NCBI GenBank assembly: GCA_963734535.1
Contig: CAVTHS010000003.1
Coordinates: forward strand, 96,001 to 160,000
Source of the DNA: an uncultured Chloroflexia bacterium
Lineage (GTDB): Bacteria; Chloroflexota; Limnocylindria; Limnocylindrales; CSP1-4
Length of the DNA: 64,000 bases
Direction: 5' to 3'
The notes under the pieces are model-generated. The model did not search any database and was not told the origin of the DNA. It saw only the letters and a program-made list of their open reading frames with translations. Of this stretch, positions 43,063 through 52,111 are shown piece after piece. Each line of letters starts with the position of its first letter. Within the stretch, counting starts at the first letter, position 1. A program made the translations under genes and the position numbers.

Positions 43063-45384
43063 TCAGCCCTGGCGGGTCCCGCAGCGACGGCAGAAGCGGG
43101 CGTTCACTGACAGCGACAGGCCACAGCTGACGCACGAGTGGACACCCACCGGACCGGCGGTCCCCGGACCAGCGGCCAGGACGTCGCGACTCGAGGCGGC
43201 CCAGACCGGTGACTCGACGGGTCGTGCGGTCGCGACTCGCGATGCCCACGCCGCGGTCGGCATCGCGTCCGTGGGTCGTCGGGTGACGCTGGTCGGGGTT
43301 GCCCAGATTGGTGGCGCTGGCTCCGCCTCGTCTGCGGCGGTTCCATCGGGCGCCACCATCCGCCAGGTCGGCTGCTGCACGACGTCGATGGGAGCAGGCG
43401 AGGGCTCGGGCACAGGAGGCTCGGGCTCTGGCGCAGCAGGCTCGGGTGCCGCAATGGCCGCTTCGGAAGGCTCCGGTTCGGACGCCACGACCTGCTCGGG
43501 CTCTGGCGCGGCAGGCTCGGGCGCGACCGCCGCGGCCATGTCGATCGCGACCGGCTCGGGCTCCGGCGCTGCCGCCGCGGCCATGTCGATCGCGACCGGC
43601 TCGGGCTCGGGGGCCACCGCCGCGACATCGATCTCGATCGGCTCGGGCACAGCCGTCGCTGCCATGTCGATCACGACCGGCTCAAGCTCCGGCGCAGCAG
43701 GCTCGGGTGCCGCAATGGCCGCTTCGGAAGGCTCCGGTTCGGACGCCACGACCTGCTCGGGCTCTGGCGCGGCAGGCTCGGGCGCGACCGCCGCGGCCAT
43801 GTCGATCGCGACCGGCTCGGGCTCGGCGCAGCCGCCGCGGCCATGTCGATCGACGACCGGCTCAAGCTCCGGCGCAGCAGGCTCGGGTGCCGCAATGGCC
43901 GCTTCGGGAGGCTCCGGTTCGGACGCCACGACCTGCTCGGGCTCGGGGGCCACCGCCGCGACATCGATCGCGACCGGCTCGGGCTCCGTCGCCGCTGCCG
44001 CGACATCGGTCTCGATCGGCTCGGGCTCCGTCGCCGCTGCCGCGACATCGGTCTCGATCGGCTCGGGCTCCGTCGCCGCTGCCGCAAACCCGACCTCCGT
44101 CGCCTCCGGCTCCTGCGACGCCTTGGGCTCGGCGATGAGGATGTCTGCAGACGGGATCGGCGTGCTCGCGAGGGTGTCGTCCTGCGATGCAACGGGCGTC
44201 GATGGGGCGGGGAGCGCGCGACGACCGCCTCGCACCCGGAACCACTGGAAGAAACGCCGGGTCTCGGCCTTCGCAGCCGTGACGAGCTCTGGTCGGCTCG
44301 TGGAACCTGCCTCGCTCGCAGTAGTTGTGATCGCTGCATCCGGGGACTCGGCCACCGCCTGGATTCCATCCGGTGCCTGTCTCAGGCTCGCCGATGCATC
44401 GCCGGCCACCGTGCCGTCAGTGGCTGAGCGTTCGAGGTCACCCGTCCGGCGGTGGAGGGCACTCTCGATGGTGGCGAGCTCCGCCGGGGTCAATTCGACA
44501 TCCGCCTCGGCTTCGGCCGCCTGCTGGGCCGCGAGCTGCCGGGCCGCCTCCGCCTCGGCTTCGGCCGCCTGCTGGGCCGCGAGCTGGCGGGCCGCCTCCG
44601 CCTCGGCTTCGGCCGCCTGCTGGGCCGCGAGCTGGCGGGCCGCCTCCGCCTCGGCTTCGGCCGCCTGCTGGGCCGCGAGCTGGCGGGCCGCCTCCGCCTC
44701 GGCTTCGGCCGCCTGCTGGGCCGCGAGCTGCCGGGCCGCCTCCGCCTCGGCTTCGGCCGCCTGCTGGGCCGCGAGCTGCCGGGCCGCCTCCGCCTCGGCT
44801 TCGGCCGCCTGCTGGGCCGCGAGCTGCCGGGCCGCCTCCGCCTCGGCTTCGGCCGCCTGCTGGGCCGCGAGCTGCCGGGCCGCCTCCGCCTCGGCTTCGG
44901 CCGCGAGGGCGTCTCGGTCGGTCGGGGTGGCGGCGACGGCGCGTACGTCGGACGAGGGCCACGCAGACGCCGCCACGTTGGGCGCCGGCGCCTCGGTGGC
45001 TGTGACGACCGCCTCGGGCACAACCAGCGCGAGGTCCGGGAAGGCGCCCGCCGGGACGTCCAGGCCGACGTCGGGAGCGCAGGTGAGACACTCGCCCACG
45101 GCGCTGTTCCAGCAGTTCTGGCACGTGTACTGGCGACACGTCATGCAGAAGTTGAAGGTCCGGTGGAACGCGTCGAGCTGCTGCACGGACGCCTTCCGGG
45201 CGTCCTCCTCGCGGGCCAGGGCCATCGCGTCGGTAAACGTCGCGTCGTCGTTCGCGACGAAGTTCTTCACCCCTCGCGACAGCGTGCGAATCCGACCAAG
45301 CCCGCGGCGGCGCCCGGTGGTCGACTCGAACGTGTATCGCGAGCCGCATTGTTCGCAGAACGATTCGGTCAGGATCTCGGCCAT
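43063..45384 (-). CDS. Large zinc-finger protein with coiled-coil and Pro/Glu-rich tandem repeats
   Basis: N-terminal CEQC and CMTC-CQNC-CLTC, 8x AEAEAEAARQLAAQQA, PEPEP repeats, C-terminal CVSC...CRRC. Confidence 0.8.
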   Translation of the reverse strand: MAEILTESFCEQCGSRYTFESTTGRRRGLGRIRTLSRGVKNFVANDDATFTDAMALAREEDARKASVQQLDAFHRTFNFCMTCRQYTCQNCWNSAVGECLTCAPDVGLDVPAGAFPDLALVVPEAVVTATEAPAPNVAASAWPSSDVRAVAATPTDRDALAAEAEAEAARQLAAQQAAEAEAEAARQLAAQQAAEAEAEAARQLAAQQAAEAEAEAARQLAAQQAAEAEAEAARQLAAQQAAEAEAEAARQLAAQQAAEAEAEAARQLAAQQAAEAEAEAARQLAAQQAAEAEADVELTPAELATIESALHRRTGDLERSATDGTVAGDASASLRQAPDGIQAVAESPDAAITTTASEAGSTSRPELVTAAKAETRRFFQWFRVRGGRRALPAPSTPVASQDDTLASTPIPSADILIAEPKASQEPEATEVGFAAAATEPEPIETDVAAAATEPEPIETDVAAAATEPEPVAIDVAAVAPEPEQVVASEPEPPEAAIAAPEPAAPELEPVVDRHGRGGCAEPEPVAIDMAAAVAPEPAAPEPEQVVASEPEPSEAAIAAPEPAAPELEPVVIDMAATAVPEPIEIDVAAVAPEPEPVAIDMAAAAAPEPEPVAIDMAAAVAPEPAAPEPEQVVASEPEPSEAAIAAPEPAAPEPEPPVPEPSPAPIDVVQQPTWRMVAPDGTAADEAEPAPPIWATPTSVTRRPTDAMPTAAWASRVATARPVESPVWAASSRDVLAAGPGTAGPVGVHSCVSCGLSLSVNARFCRRCGTRQG
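43410..44090. repeat. Nested imperfect coding repeats (Pro/Glu/Ala-rich)
   Basis: Block GCGCAGCAGGCTCGGGTGCCGCAATGGCC... recurs at about 43431, 43692 and 43872, with shorter EPEPIETDVAAAAT-type units. Confidence 0.85.
44501..44904. repeat. 48-bp coding tandem repeat, about 8.4 copies
   Basis: Unit GCCTCGGCTTCGGCCGCCTGCTGGGCCGCGAGCTG(C/G)CGGGCCGCCTCC, near-identical, no spacers. Confidence 0.95.
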
Positions 45385-45553
45385 CGGGCCCCCGTGTACG
45401 CGCGCGTCCCGGCCTCCCCCGCCCGTCCGCGAGGCGAGAGTATACCGTAGGCTTCGTGGCCTCCCGGGAACCGACGTACCGCCGGCTCCGTCCAAACGTC
45501 CCGCGATCGCCGCGTAGGGCGACACACTCGACCTGAGGTCTCCTGCGAAACAG

Positions 45554-46300
45554 ATGCGACCGTTCGCCGCGCTCGAGCGCCTCCTGGAACGGCTCTTCGA
45601 ACGGCCGGGCGCCCGTCTCTTCGATGTCGGGGTTGCTCCGGCAACGCTCGCTCAGCGGATCGAACGTGCCATCGACGAGGAGCGACGTCCGGGAGTCGAG
45701 GGAACCGTCGCGCCGACGCGCTTCGTGGTGAGCGTCGACGCGCGCGCTGCCGTGGAGCTCTCGGGAGTGCCGAATCTCGAGAACGAGCTGGCGGCCGGTG
45801 CGCTGGCCCATGCCCGTCGTCGGGGATACCTGATCCCCGAGCGGCCATCAGTGGCCATCGTGGCGTCGACCGACCTCGATCGGGGCGCCACGACCATCCG
45901 GGCAACGTTCGCGGGGCCATTCCCGCTCGCGGACACAGCCGGCCCGGCGAGCGATCGAACCCGCGTGCACCCGGCCGCGGTCCGGGCCGCCCCGAGCGGC
46001 ATTCTGCGGGTCATCGCTCCGGACGGGACGGAGCGCCGGCTGCGGCTGGAGGCCCGGCCGGTCGGGATCGGCCGCGGCGACGACAACGACGTCGTGATCG
46101 CGGATCCGCTCCTCTCGCGCCATCACGCACGGATCGTTCCACGGAACGGCCGGCTCGTCCTCACCGACCTTGCCAGTCGCAACGGGACCCGCGTGAATGG
46201 ACGGGGCGTGAAGGAGGCCGTCCTCGGCGCGGGCGACCGCATCGAGCTCGGCGGGACCACGATCGACATCCTCCCAGCGGACGCCACATGGACCCCCTGA
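45554..46300 (+). CDS. fhaA: FhaA-like protein (DUF3662 + FHA domain)
   Basis: N-terminal LERLLERLFE...F and C-terminal FHA IGRG..ND...SRHHA...DLASRNGTRVNG. Confidence 0.85.
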   Translation: MRPFAALERLLERLFERPGARLFDVGVAPATLAQRIERAIDEERRPGVEGTVAPTRFVVSVDARAAVELSGVPNLENELAAGALAHARRRGYLIPERPSVAIVASTDLDRGATTIRATFAGPFPLADTAGPASDRTRVHPAAVRAAPSGILRVIAPDGTERRLRLEARPVGIGRGDDNDVVIADPLLSRHHARIVPRNGRLVLTDLASRNGTRVNGRGVKEAVLGAGDRIELGGTTIDILPADATWTP

Positions 46301-46722
46301 CCCTGGCCGTGTGGGCAATCCGCCTCGCATTCCTTGCGGCGCTCTACCTCTTCCTCGCACTTGTCGTCCGGGCGCTGCTCCGCGATGTCCGGGCTGCTTC
46401 GCGCGACCCCGCGGGGGCGCTCGGGCGCCTCGTCGTGGTCGCGAGCGCAGGCCTGCCCGCGGCGGGGAGCGTCTTTCCCCTTGACGCGGTGACGACGCTC
46501 GGGCGCGACCTGGGCAGCAGCGTCGTCCTCGACGACCCATTCTCGTCGGCCAGGCACGCGATCCTCACCTTCCGGGGGCGCGGCTGGTACGTGGAGGACC
46601 TTGGCAGCACGAACGGAACGCTCGTCAACGGGGTGGCCGTCGCCGGGGCGCTGCCGCTCGGCTTCGGCGACGAGCTCCAGATCGGCGATGTCCGGATGCG
46701 CCTGGAGCGTGGCCTCCGGTGA
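46288..46722 (+). CDS. fhaB: FhaB/FipA-like membrane-anchored FHA protein
   Basis: N-terminal TM (IRLAFLAALYLFL) and FHA LGR...SARHA...EDLGSTNGT. Confidence 0.85.
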   Translation: MDPLTLAVWAIRLAFLAALYLFLALVVRALLRDVRAASRDPAGALGRLVVVASAGLPAAGSVFPLDAVTTLGRDLGSSVVLDDPFSSARHAILTFRGRGWYVEDLGSTNGTLVNGVAVAGALPLGFGDELQIGDVRMRLERGLR

Positions 46723-48110
46723 CCGCGGCCAGCTTGCCCGGCTTCCCTCGGCCGAGGATCCGCCGCCGTGAGCTGGGTCTCCTGCTGGTGGTCGCCGGTG
46801 CGCTGGCCCTCGGCAACCTGTCGCTCGGTCTCACGCGCACCGGCAGCCTGGGGCTGGTCGATCCGGCCGGGCTGCTCCTGTACCTGGCGGCCCTCGCTGC
46901 CGTCCATCTCGCGCTCGTCACCGCCGGGCGGCGAGTCGACGAGGTGCTCCTGCCCGCGGTCGGGCTGCTCGGCGGGATCGGCCTGCTGCTGGCCGAGCGG
47001 CTTCCGCAGGACCTCGTGGTCCAACAAGTCGGTCCCGCGATCCTCGGCCTGGCCTCGCTGCAGCTCGTCTGGCTCGTGCTCGCGCTCGTGATCGCCGTCG
47101 CCGTCGCGATCACGGTGCGCTCGGATCGCTGGCTGCGCCTCTACAAGTACACCTGGGCGGCGTCGGGCCTCGGACTGCTGGCCCTCACGTTCGTCCTGGG
47201 GTCGGACGTGAACGGGGCGCGGCTCACGCTCGACCTCGGGCCAGTGAGCGGACAGCCGTCGGAGCTCCTCAAGGTGATCCTGGTCGTCTTCTTCGCGGCG
47301 TACCTGGCCGAGAACCGGGTCCTCCTGGCCGACGCTCGTGTCCGCGTCGTGGGCCGGCTCACCGTTCCTCCGGGTCCATATCTCCTGCCCGCCGGCCTGA
47401 TGCTGGCGCTGGCGCTGGGGATCGTCGTGATCCAGCGGGACCTGGGTGCGGCCATGCTGTTCTACGCGGTGTTCCTGTGCCTCTTCTACCTCGCGACCGG
47501 GAGCAAGGTGGACGTGGTGCTCGGGATCGGGCTCTTCCTGGTCGGCTTCGTGCTCATGGCGGTCGTCTTCCCGCACGTGCGCGACCGCGTTGCGACCTGG
47601 CTGGACCCGTGGGCCGATCCCCTCGGGACCGGATACCAGACCATCCAGGCGCTTCACGCGTTCGCGCGCGGCGGGCTGCTTGGGACGGGCCTGGGAGCGG
47701 GCCTGCCGACGGTCGGCGGGCAGCTGCCGATCCCGGCGGTCCATACGGACTTCCCGTTCGCTGCCCTCGGCGAGGAGCTGGGGATGGCGGGCGTTGTCGC
47801 CATCCTCGGCTGCTACCTGGTCGTCGTTGCGCGAGGGTTGCGCATCGCGGCGGCCGCGACGGACGACGTCAGGGCGCTCCTCTGCGCCGGCCTCGCGCTC
47901 GTGATCGGCGTGCAGGCGGCGATCATTGCGGCCGGCAACCTGAAGCTGATCCCGCTCACGGGCATCACGCTCCCGTTCATCAGCTATGGCGGGTCGTCGC
48001 TCCTCGTGAACGGGCTGATCGTGGGCCTCCTGCTCGCGTTCTCGGATCGCGGGCCCATGCCGCCGGGGGAGCCGCGACGCGCGCGCCAGCGCGGCGGGGG
48101 CGGCCGATGA
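46719..48110 (+). CDS. rodA: SEDS family glycosyltransferase (RodA/FtsW)
   Basis: QPSELLK, QRDLG, HTDF..AALGEELG and IPLTGITLPFISYGGSS. Confidence 0.92.
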   Translation: MTAASLPGFPRPRIRRRELGLLLVVAGALALGNLSLGLTRTGSLGLVDPAGLLLYLAALAAVHLALVTAGRRVDEVLLPAVGLLGGIGLLLAERLPQDLVVQQVGPAILGLASLQLVWLVLALVIAVAVAITVRSDRWLRLYKYTWAASGLGLLALTFVLGSDVNGARLTLDLGPVSGQPSELLKVILVVFFAAYLAENRVLLADARVRVVGRLTVPPGPYLLPAGLMLALALGIVVIQRDLGAAMLFYAVFLCLFYLATGSKVDVVLGIGLFLVGFVLMAVVFPHVRDRVATWLDPWADPLGTGYQTIQALHAFARGGLLGTGLGAGLPTVGGQLPIPAVHTDFPFAALGEELGMAGVVAILGCYLVVVARGLRIAAAATDDVRALLCAGLALVIGVQAAIIAAGNLKLIPLTGITLPFISYGGSSLLVNGLIVGLLLAFSDRGPMPPGEPRRARQRGGGGR

Positions 48111-49615
48111 CGGTGCAGGGTCGCGGCAGGCGTCGGGAGCGTCCGCTCAGCGCGCGCGTCGCTCGCCTGAGCCTCGCCCTGGCCCTCGTCTACGGCGGGC
48201 TGACGCTCGGTGCTGGCTACTGGCAGGTGTTCCGCGCCGACGACCTGTCCCGGGACCCGACCGACGCGGGCATGATCGCGGCCGCCCGATCCGTCGTCCG
48301 GGGCAGGATCCTCGACCGGGACGGCCGCGTCCTGGCGACCAGCCGCCGGGACGCAAGCGGCGAGCCGTATCGCGTCTACACCGACGCATCGCTCAGCGCA
48401 CCCATTGGCTACGCGTCGCGGCTGTACGGGTCAGCCGGCCTGGAGGCCGCGTACGCGTCGGAGCTGTTGGGGGCCGGGGGCGACGATCCCGCGTCGCGAG
48501 CGCTGGCGAAGTTCCGGCCCCGCGGCCAGCGGGGCGACGACCTGCGGACCAGCCTCTCGCTGTCGCTGCAGCGGCTGGCGGTGCAGCTTCTGGGGACGGA
48601 CCGCGGCGCGGTGGTTGCCCTCGACCCTCGCACCGGCGACGTTCTCGCGTTGGCCAGCACGCCGACCTACGACGCGTCGGGGATCGCGAACCCGGCGACC
48701 TCCCGGGCGGCGTTCGCCGCGGCCACGGGCGATCCGGACCAGCCGCTCCTCGACCGAGCGATCCAGGGTCGCTACGTTCCCGGTTCGGTCTTCAAGATCG
48801 TGACCGCGATCGCCGGCCTGTCCTCGGGCGCGATCACGCCGGCCACGAAATTCCCGCAACAGCCCGCCGCCGAATTGACGGGCCTGCTCGTCTCGGGCTA
48901 CCGCGTCCGGGACGGGCATCACCCGTTCACCGGATCGGAGGTTCTCGACTTCGACCGCGCGACCGAGGTGTCCTGCAACATCTGGTACGCGCTGGCCGGC
49001 CTGCGCACGGGCGGCGCGAGCATGGAGGATGCGGCGCGACGGCTCGGGTTCGGCGCGCCGATCCCGTTCGACCTCGCGACGGCATCCTCGCAGCTCACGA
49101 ACGGCGGCGGGCCGTTGCCGGGTGGCTTCGCGGACAACGTCGAGCTGGCCAACGCGGCGTACGGCCAGGGGGAGGTGCTGGTCACGCCACTCCAGATGGC
49201 GCTCGTGGCGGCGACCGTCGCCAACGGCGGGGTGGAGCCTCGACCGCGCCTCGTGACGGCATTCGTCAGCCCGGCGGGTTCGGTCCGCGACGTGTCCGGC
49301 GGCACGCTCGGGCGGGTACTCTCGCCGGGTGATGCGGCAGCAATCACGGCGGCCATGACCCAGGCGGTCGAAGGCGCGGACGGCCAGCGCTTCACGTCCG
49401 GCGCCCAGGTGGCCGGGGTGACCGTGGCCGGCAAGACCGGCACTGCCCAGCTCGGCGGGACCGGGGAGCCACATTCGTGGTTCATCGGGTTCGCGCCGGC
49501 GGAGGCGCCGACCATCGCGATCGCGGTGGTCGTGGAGCAGGGCGGCCACGGAGGATCACGGGCGGCTCCGCTCGCCGGAGAGATGCTGCGTACGTTCCTG
49601 GCCGCGAAGCCGTGA
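48107..49615 (+). CDS. pbpA: Class B penicillin-binding protein (PbpA-like)
   Basis: SxxK (GSVFK), SxN (SCN) and KTG motifs. ATGA overlap with rodA. Confidence 0.9.
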   Translation: MTVQGRGRRRERPLSARVARLSLALALVYGGLTLGAGYWQVFRADDLSRDPTDAGMIAAARSVVRGRILDRDGRVLATSRRDASGEPYRVYTDASLSAPIGYASRLYGSAGLEAAYASELLGAGGDDPASRALAKFRPRGQRGDDLRTSLSLSLQRLAVQLLGTDRGAVVALDPRTGDVLALASTPTYDASGIANPATSRAAFAAATGDPDQPLLDRAIQGRYVPGSVFKIVTAIAGLSSGAITPATKFPQQPAAELTGLLVSGYRVRDGHHPFTGSEVLDFDRATEVSCNIWYALAGLRTGGASMEDAARRLGFGAPIPFDLATASSQLTNGGGPLPGGFADNVELANAAYGQGEVLVTPLQMALVAATVANGGVEPRPRLVTAFVSPAGSVRDVSGGTLGRVLSPGDAAAITAAMTQAVEGADGQRFTSGAQVAGVTVAGKTGTAQLGGTGEPHSWFIGFAPAEAPTIAIAVVVEQGGHGGSRAAPLAGEMLRTFLAAKP

Positions 49616-49841
49616 CCCGCTCAGGACCGGTTGCGAACTGGAGTGCGGCCGACCTCCCTGCGGTGAGCGGGGCCGCGCGCGACCGCCGGCGCTGGCCCGG
49701 AACCGCCCCCGGAACCGTCCCCCGAGTTCGGACGTACTATCTGCAGACCCCACGACCGCCAACCCCCGTGACGAGCGGGCCTCGCGCCGTCCTCGACGGC
49801 CGCGGCGCCACGCCGCGCACCGACAGGAGCCCGCGAGCACG

Positions 49842-50831
49842 ATGACGAAGATGCAGGAGTCCGGCGAGCGCGTCGTGGCCAACGTGGAGCGCGTGATCGT
49901 CGGGAAGCACCACGAGGTCCAGCTCGCCCTCGTGGCGCTTCTCTGCCGGGGCCATCTGCTCATCGAGGATGTCCCCGGAACCGGCAAGACCGTTCTGGCC
50001 AAGGCGATCGCCAAGAGCCTCGGCTCGTCGTTCCGACGGATCCAGTTCACGCCGGACCTGCTGCCGTCGGACGTGACGGGCCTCTCGATCTACAACCAGA
50101 AGACGCAGGAGTTCGAATTCCGGCCGGGGCCGATCATGAGCCAGGTCGTCCTCGCCGACGAGATCAACCGGGCGACCCCCAAGACCCAGTCCGCGCTGCT
50201 CGAATGCATGGAGGAGCGCCAGGCGACGATCGACGGGATCAGCCACATGATGCCGGACCCGTTCCTGGTGATCGCGACGCAGAACCCGATCGAGTACGAG
50301 GGCACGTTCGCGCTGCCGGAGGCGCAGCTCGACCGGTTCATGCTGCGGCTCCGGATGGGCTACCCGACGCCAACCGAGGAGATCGTGATCCTCGACGAGC
50401 AGAAGCGCATCCACCCACTCGACGACCTCGAGGAAGTCTGCCCGGTGGCGGAGCTCCGCGAGATGCAGGCGGCAGTCCGCGAGATCTACGTCGATGCGAG
50501 CGTCGCCGAATACATCGTCCGCCTGGTGAACGCCACCCGGACGCACCCCGACATCTACCTTGGAGCGTCGCCGCGCGGCTCGATCGCGCTCTACCGGGCG
50601 GGCCAGGCGCGGGCGGCCCTCCTCGGGCGCGACTTCGTGATCCCGGACGACGTGAAGACCCTCGCAGGTCCCGCCCTTGCCCACCGGCTGATCATCAAGA
50701 CGAGCTCGTCGATCCGCGAGGTGGACTCCGAGACCGTGGTCCGCGAGCTGCTCGATGCCGTGCCGGTCGACGCGCCCGCCCGTCCCGGGGGCCCGCGGCG
50801 GATCGAGGCCGAGGCCCCGCGCGGCCGCTGA
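49842..50831 (+). CDS. moxR: MoxR family AAA+ ATPase
   Basis: [38 protein letters not shown] and LPEAQLDRF. Confidence 0.93.
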   Translation: MTKMQESGERVVANVERVIVGKHHEVQLALVALLCRGHLLIEDVPGTGKTVLAKAIAKSLGSSFRRIQFTPDLLPSDVTGLSIYNQKTQEFEFRPGPIMSQVVLADEINRATPKTQSALLECMEERQATIDGISHMMPDPFLVIATQNPIEYEGTFALPEAQLDRFMLRLRMGYPTPTEEIVILDEQKRIHPLDDLEEVCPVAELREMQAAVREIYVDASVAEYIVRLVNATRTHPDIYLGASPRGSIALYRAGQARAALLGRDFVIPDDVKTLAGPALAHRLIIKTSSSIREVDSETVVRELLDAVPVDAPARPGGPRRIEAEAPRGR

Positions 50832-50854
50832 CCGGTCGCCGAGCCCAGCCGCCC

Positions 50855-52111
50855 GTGCGCTACCTGCGTCGCCTTCCGTTCCTCGTCCTCGGCACGATCC
50901 TCGTGGTGGCCGCATTCAGCACGGGCTACTCGTTCCTGTTCTACCTCGTCTACCTCGGCCTGCTCGTCGTCGGCGGCAGCTACCTGGTGACGCGCAACGG
51001 GCTCGCCGACCTGGAGGCAGGCTACGCCGTCAACCAGCTCCAGGCGCACGTCGGCGACCAGCTCCGGACCACCTACACGCTGCGGAACACGAGCCGCCTG
51101 CCGAAGCTCTGGCTGGAGGTGCACAACCCGTCGACGCTGCCGGTCCCGCTGCCCGGCCGGGCCATCTCGCTGGGGACGCGCCGCGAGCGGTCCTGGGTTG
51201 CCCGCGTGCCGCTGGTCCGGCGCGGCCACTTCCGCGTCGACCCGCTCCAGATCCGGACCGGCGATCCGTTCGGGTTCTTCGAGGCGAACGCATCCGTCGG
51301 GCACGGCGTGACCCTGATCGTCTTCCCGCGGGTGGAGCCCATCCCGCGGTGGCGTCTCCGGGCCGTGAGCCTCGAGGGAAGCCGGTCCACGCCGGTGCGG
51401 GCGCAGCAGACGACGCCGCTCGCCACCTCGATCCGACCCTATGCGCCCGGCGACGCCTTCAACCGGATCCACTGGCCCACGACCGCGCGGACCGGCGCCA
51501 TCCAGGTGAAGGAGTTCGACCTGGAGCAGACCGCCGATGTCTGGCTGTTCGTGGACCTCGAGCGTCGCGTACAGCGGGGCAGCGGTGACGACTCGACGGT
51601 CGAGGTCGCCGTGCGCGTCGCGGCTGCCATCGCGGAACGGGCGCTCGCGGAGAACCGATCCGTTGGCCTGACCACGACGGGAGCGCGGCTCACGCACCTG
51701 TCGCCGGATCGCGGCCCCCGCCAGCGCCAGAAGATCCTGCACCTGCTCGCGGCAGTGGATGGCGACGGCACGGCGCCCCTCGTGGAGGCCCTCGTCGCCG
51801 GGCTCCCGCTCCTTCGGCGCGGGATGTCCGCCCTGATCGTGACGCCCGCCGCGGAACCCGCCTGGGTCCGCCCGCTGGCGACGCTGCGGCCGCGCGGGAT
51901 CGGCACCCAGGTCCTGTACCTGGACCCACATGCGTTCCTGCGCCACGAGATCGTGGCGGACGACCGCAGCATCGAGGAGCCGGAGGCGGCCGCCGAGCTC
52001 GCGTCGCTCGAGCAGGCGTCGCGGCAGGTCCATCACGCGCTGGCCGAGTTCGACGTCTGGACGTGCGCCGTGCCGCCGGCGATCGCGCTCGGCGAGGTCC
52101 TGGTCGGGTGA
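50855..52111 (+). CDS. DUF58 domain-containing protein
   Basis: GDPFGFF, IRPYAPGD...RIHWPTTAR...VKEF. Follows moxR. Confidence 0.88.
   Translation: MRYLRRLPFLVLGTILVVAAFSTGYSFLFYLVYLGLLVVGGSYLVTRNGLADLEAGYAVNQLQAHVGDQLRTTYTLRNTSRLPKLWLEVHNPSTLPVPLPGRAISLGTRRERSWVARVPLVRRGHFRVDPLQIRTGDPFGFFEANASVGHGVTLIVFPRVEPIPRWRLRAVSLEGSRSTPVRAQQTTPLATSIRPYAPGDAFNRIHWPTTARTGAIQVKEFDLEQTADVWLFVDLERRVQRGSGDDSTVEVAVRVAAAIAERALAENRSVGLTTTGARLTHLSPDRGPRQRQKILHLLAAVDGDGTAPLVEALVAGLPLLRRGMSALIVTPAAEPAWVRPLATLRPRGIGTQVLYLDPHAFLRHEIVADDRSIEEPEAAAELASLEQASRQVHHALAEFDVWTCAVPPAIALGEVLVG

Noticed and set aside
44501-44904. Regular repeats suggesting a CRISPR array
   Set aside because: Units are contiguous 48-mers with no unique spacers, they keep frame inside a CDS, and no cas genes are present.
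43271-45517. 748-aa Ser/Gly/Ala-rich plus-strand ORF resembling an adhesin
   Set aside because: It is the antisense mirror of the repeat protein. The minus frame has coherent Cys motifs at both ends.
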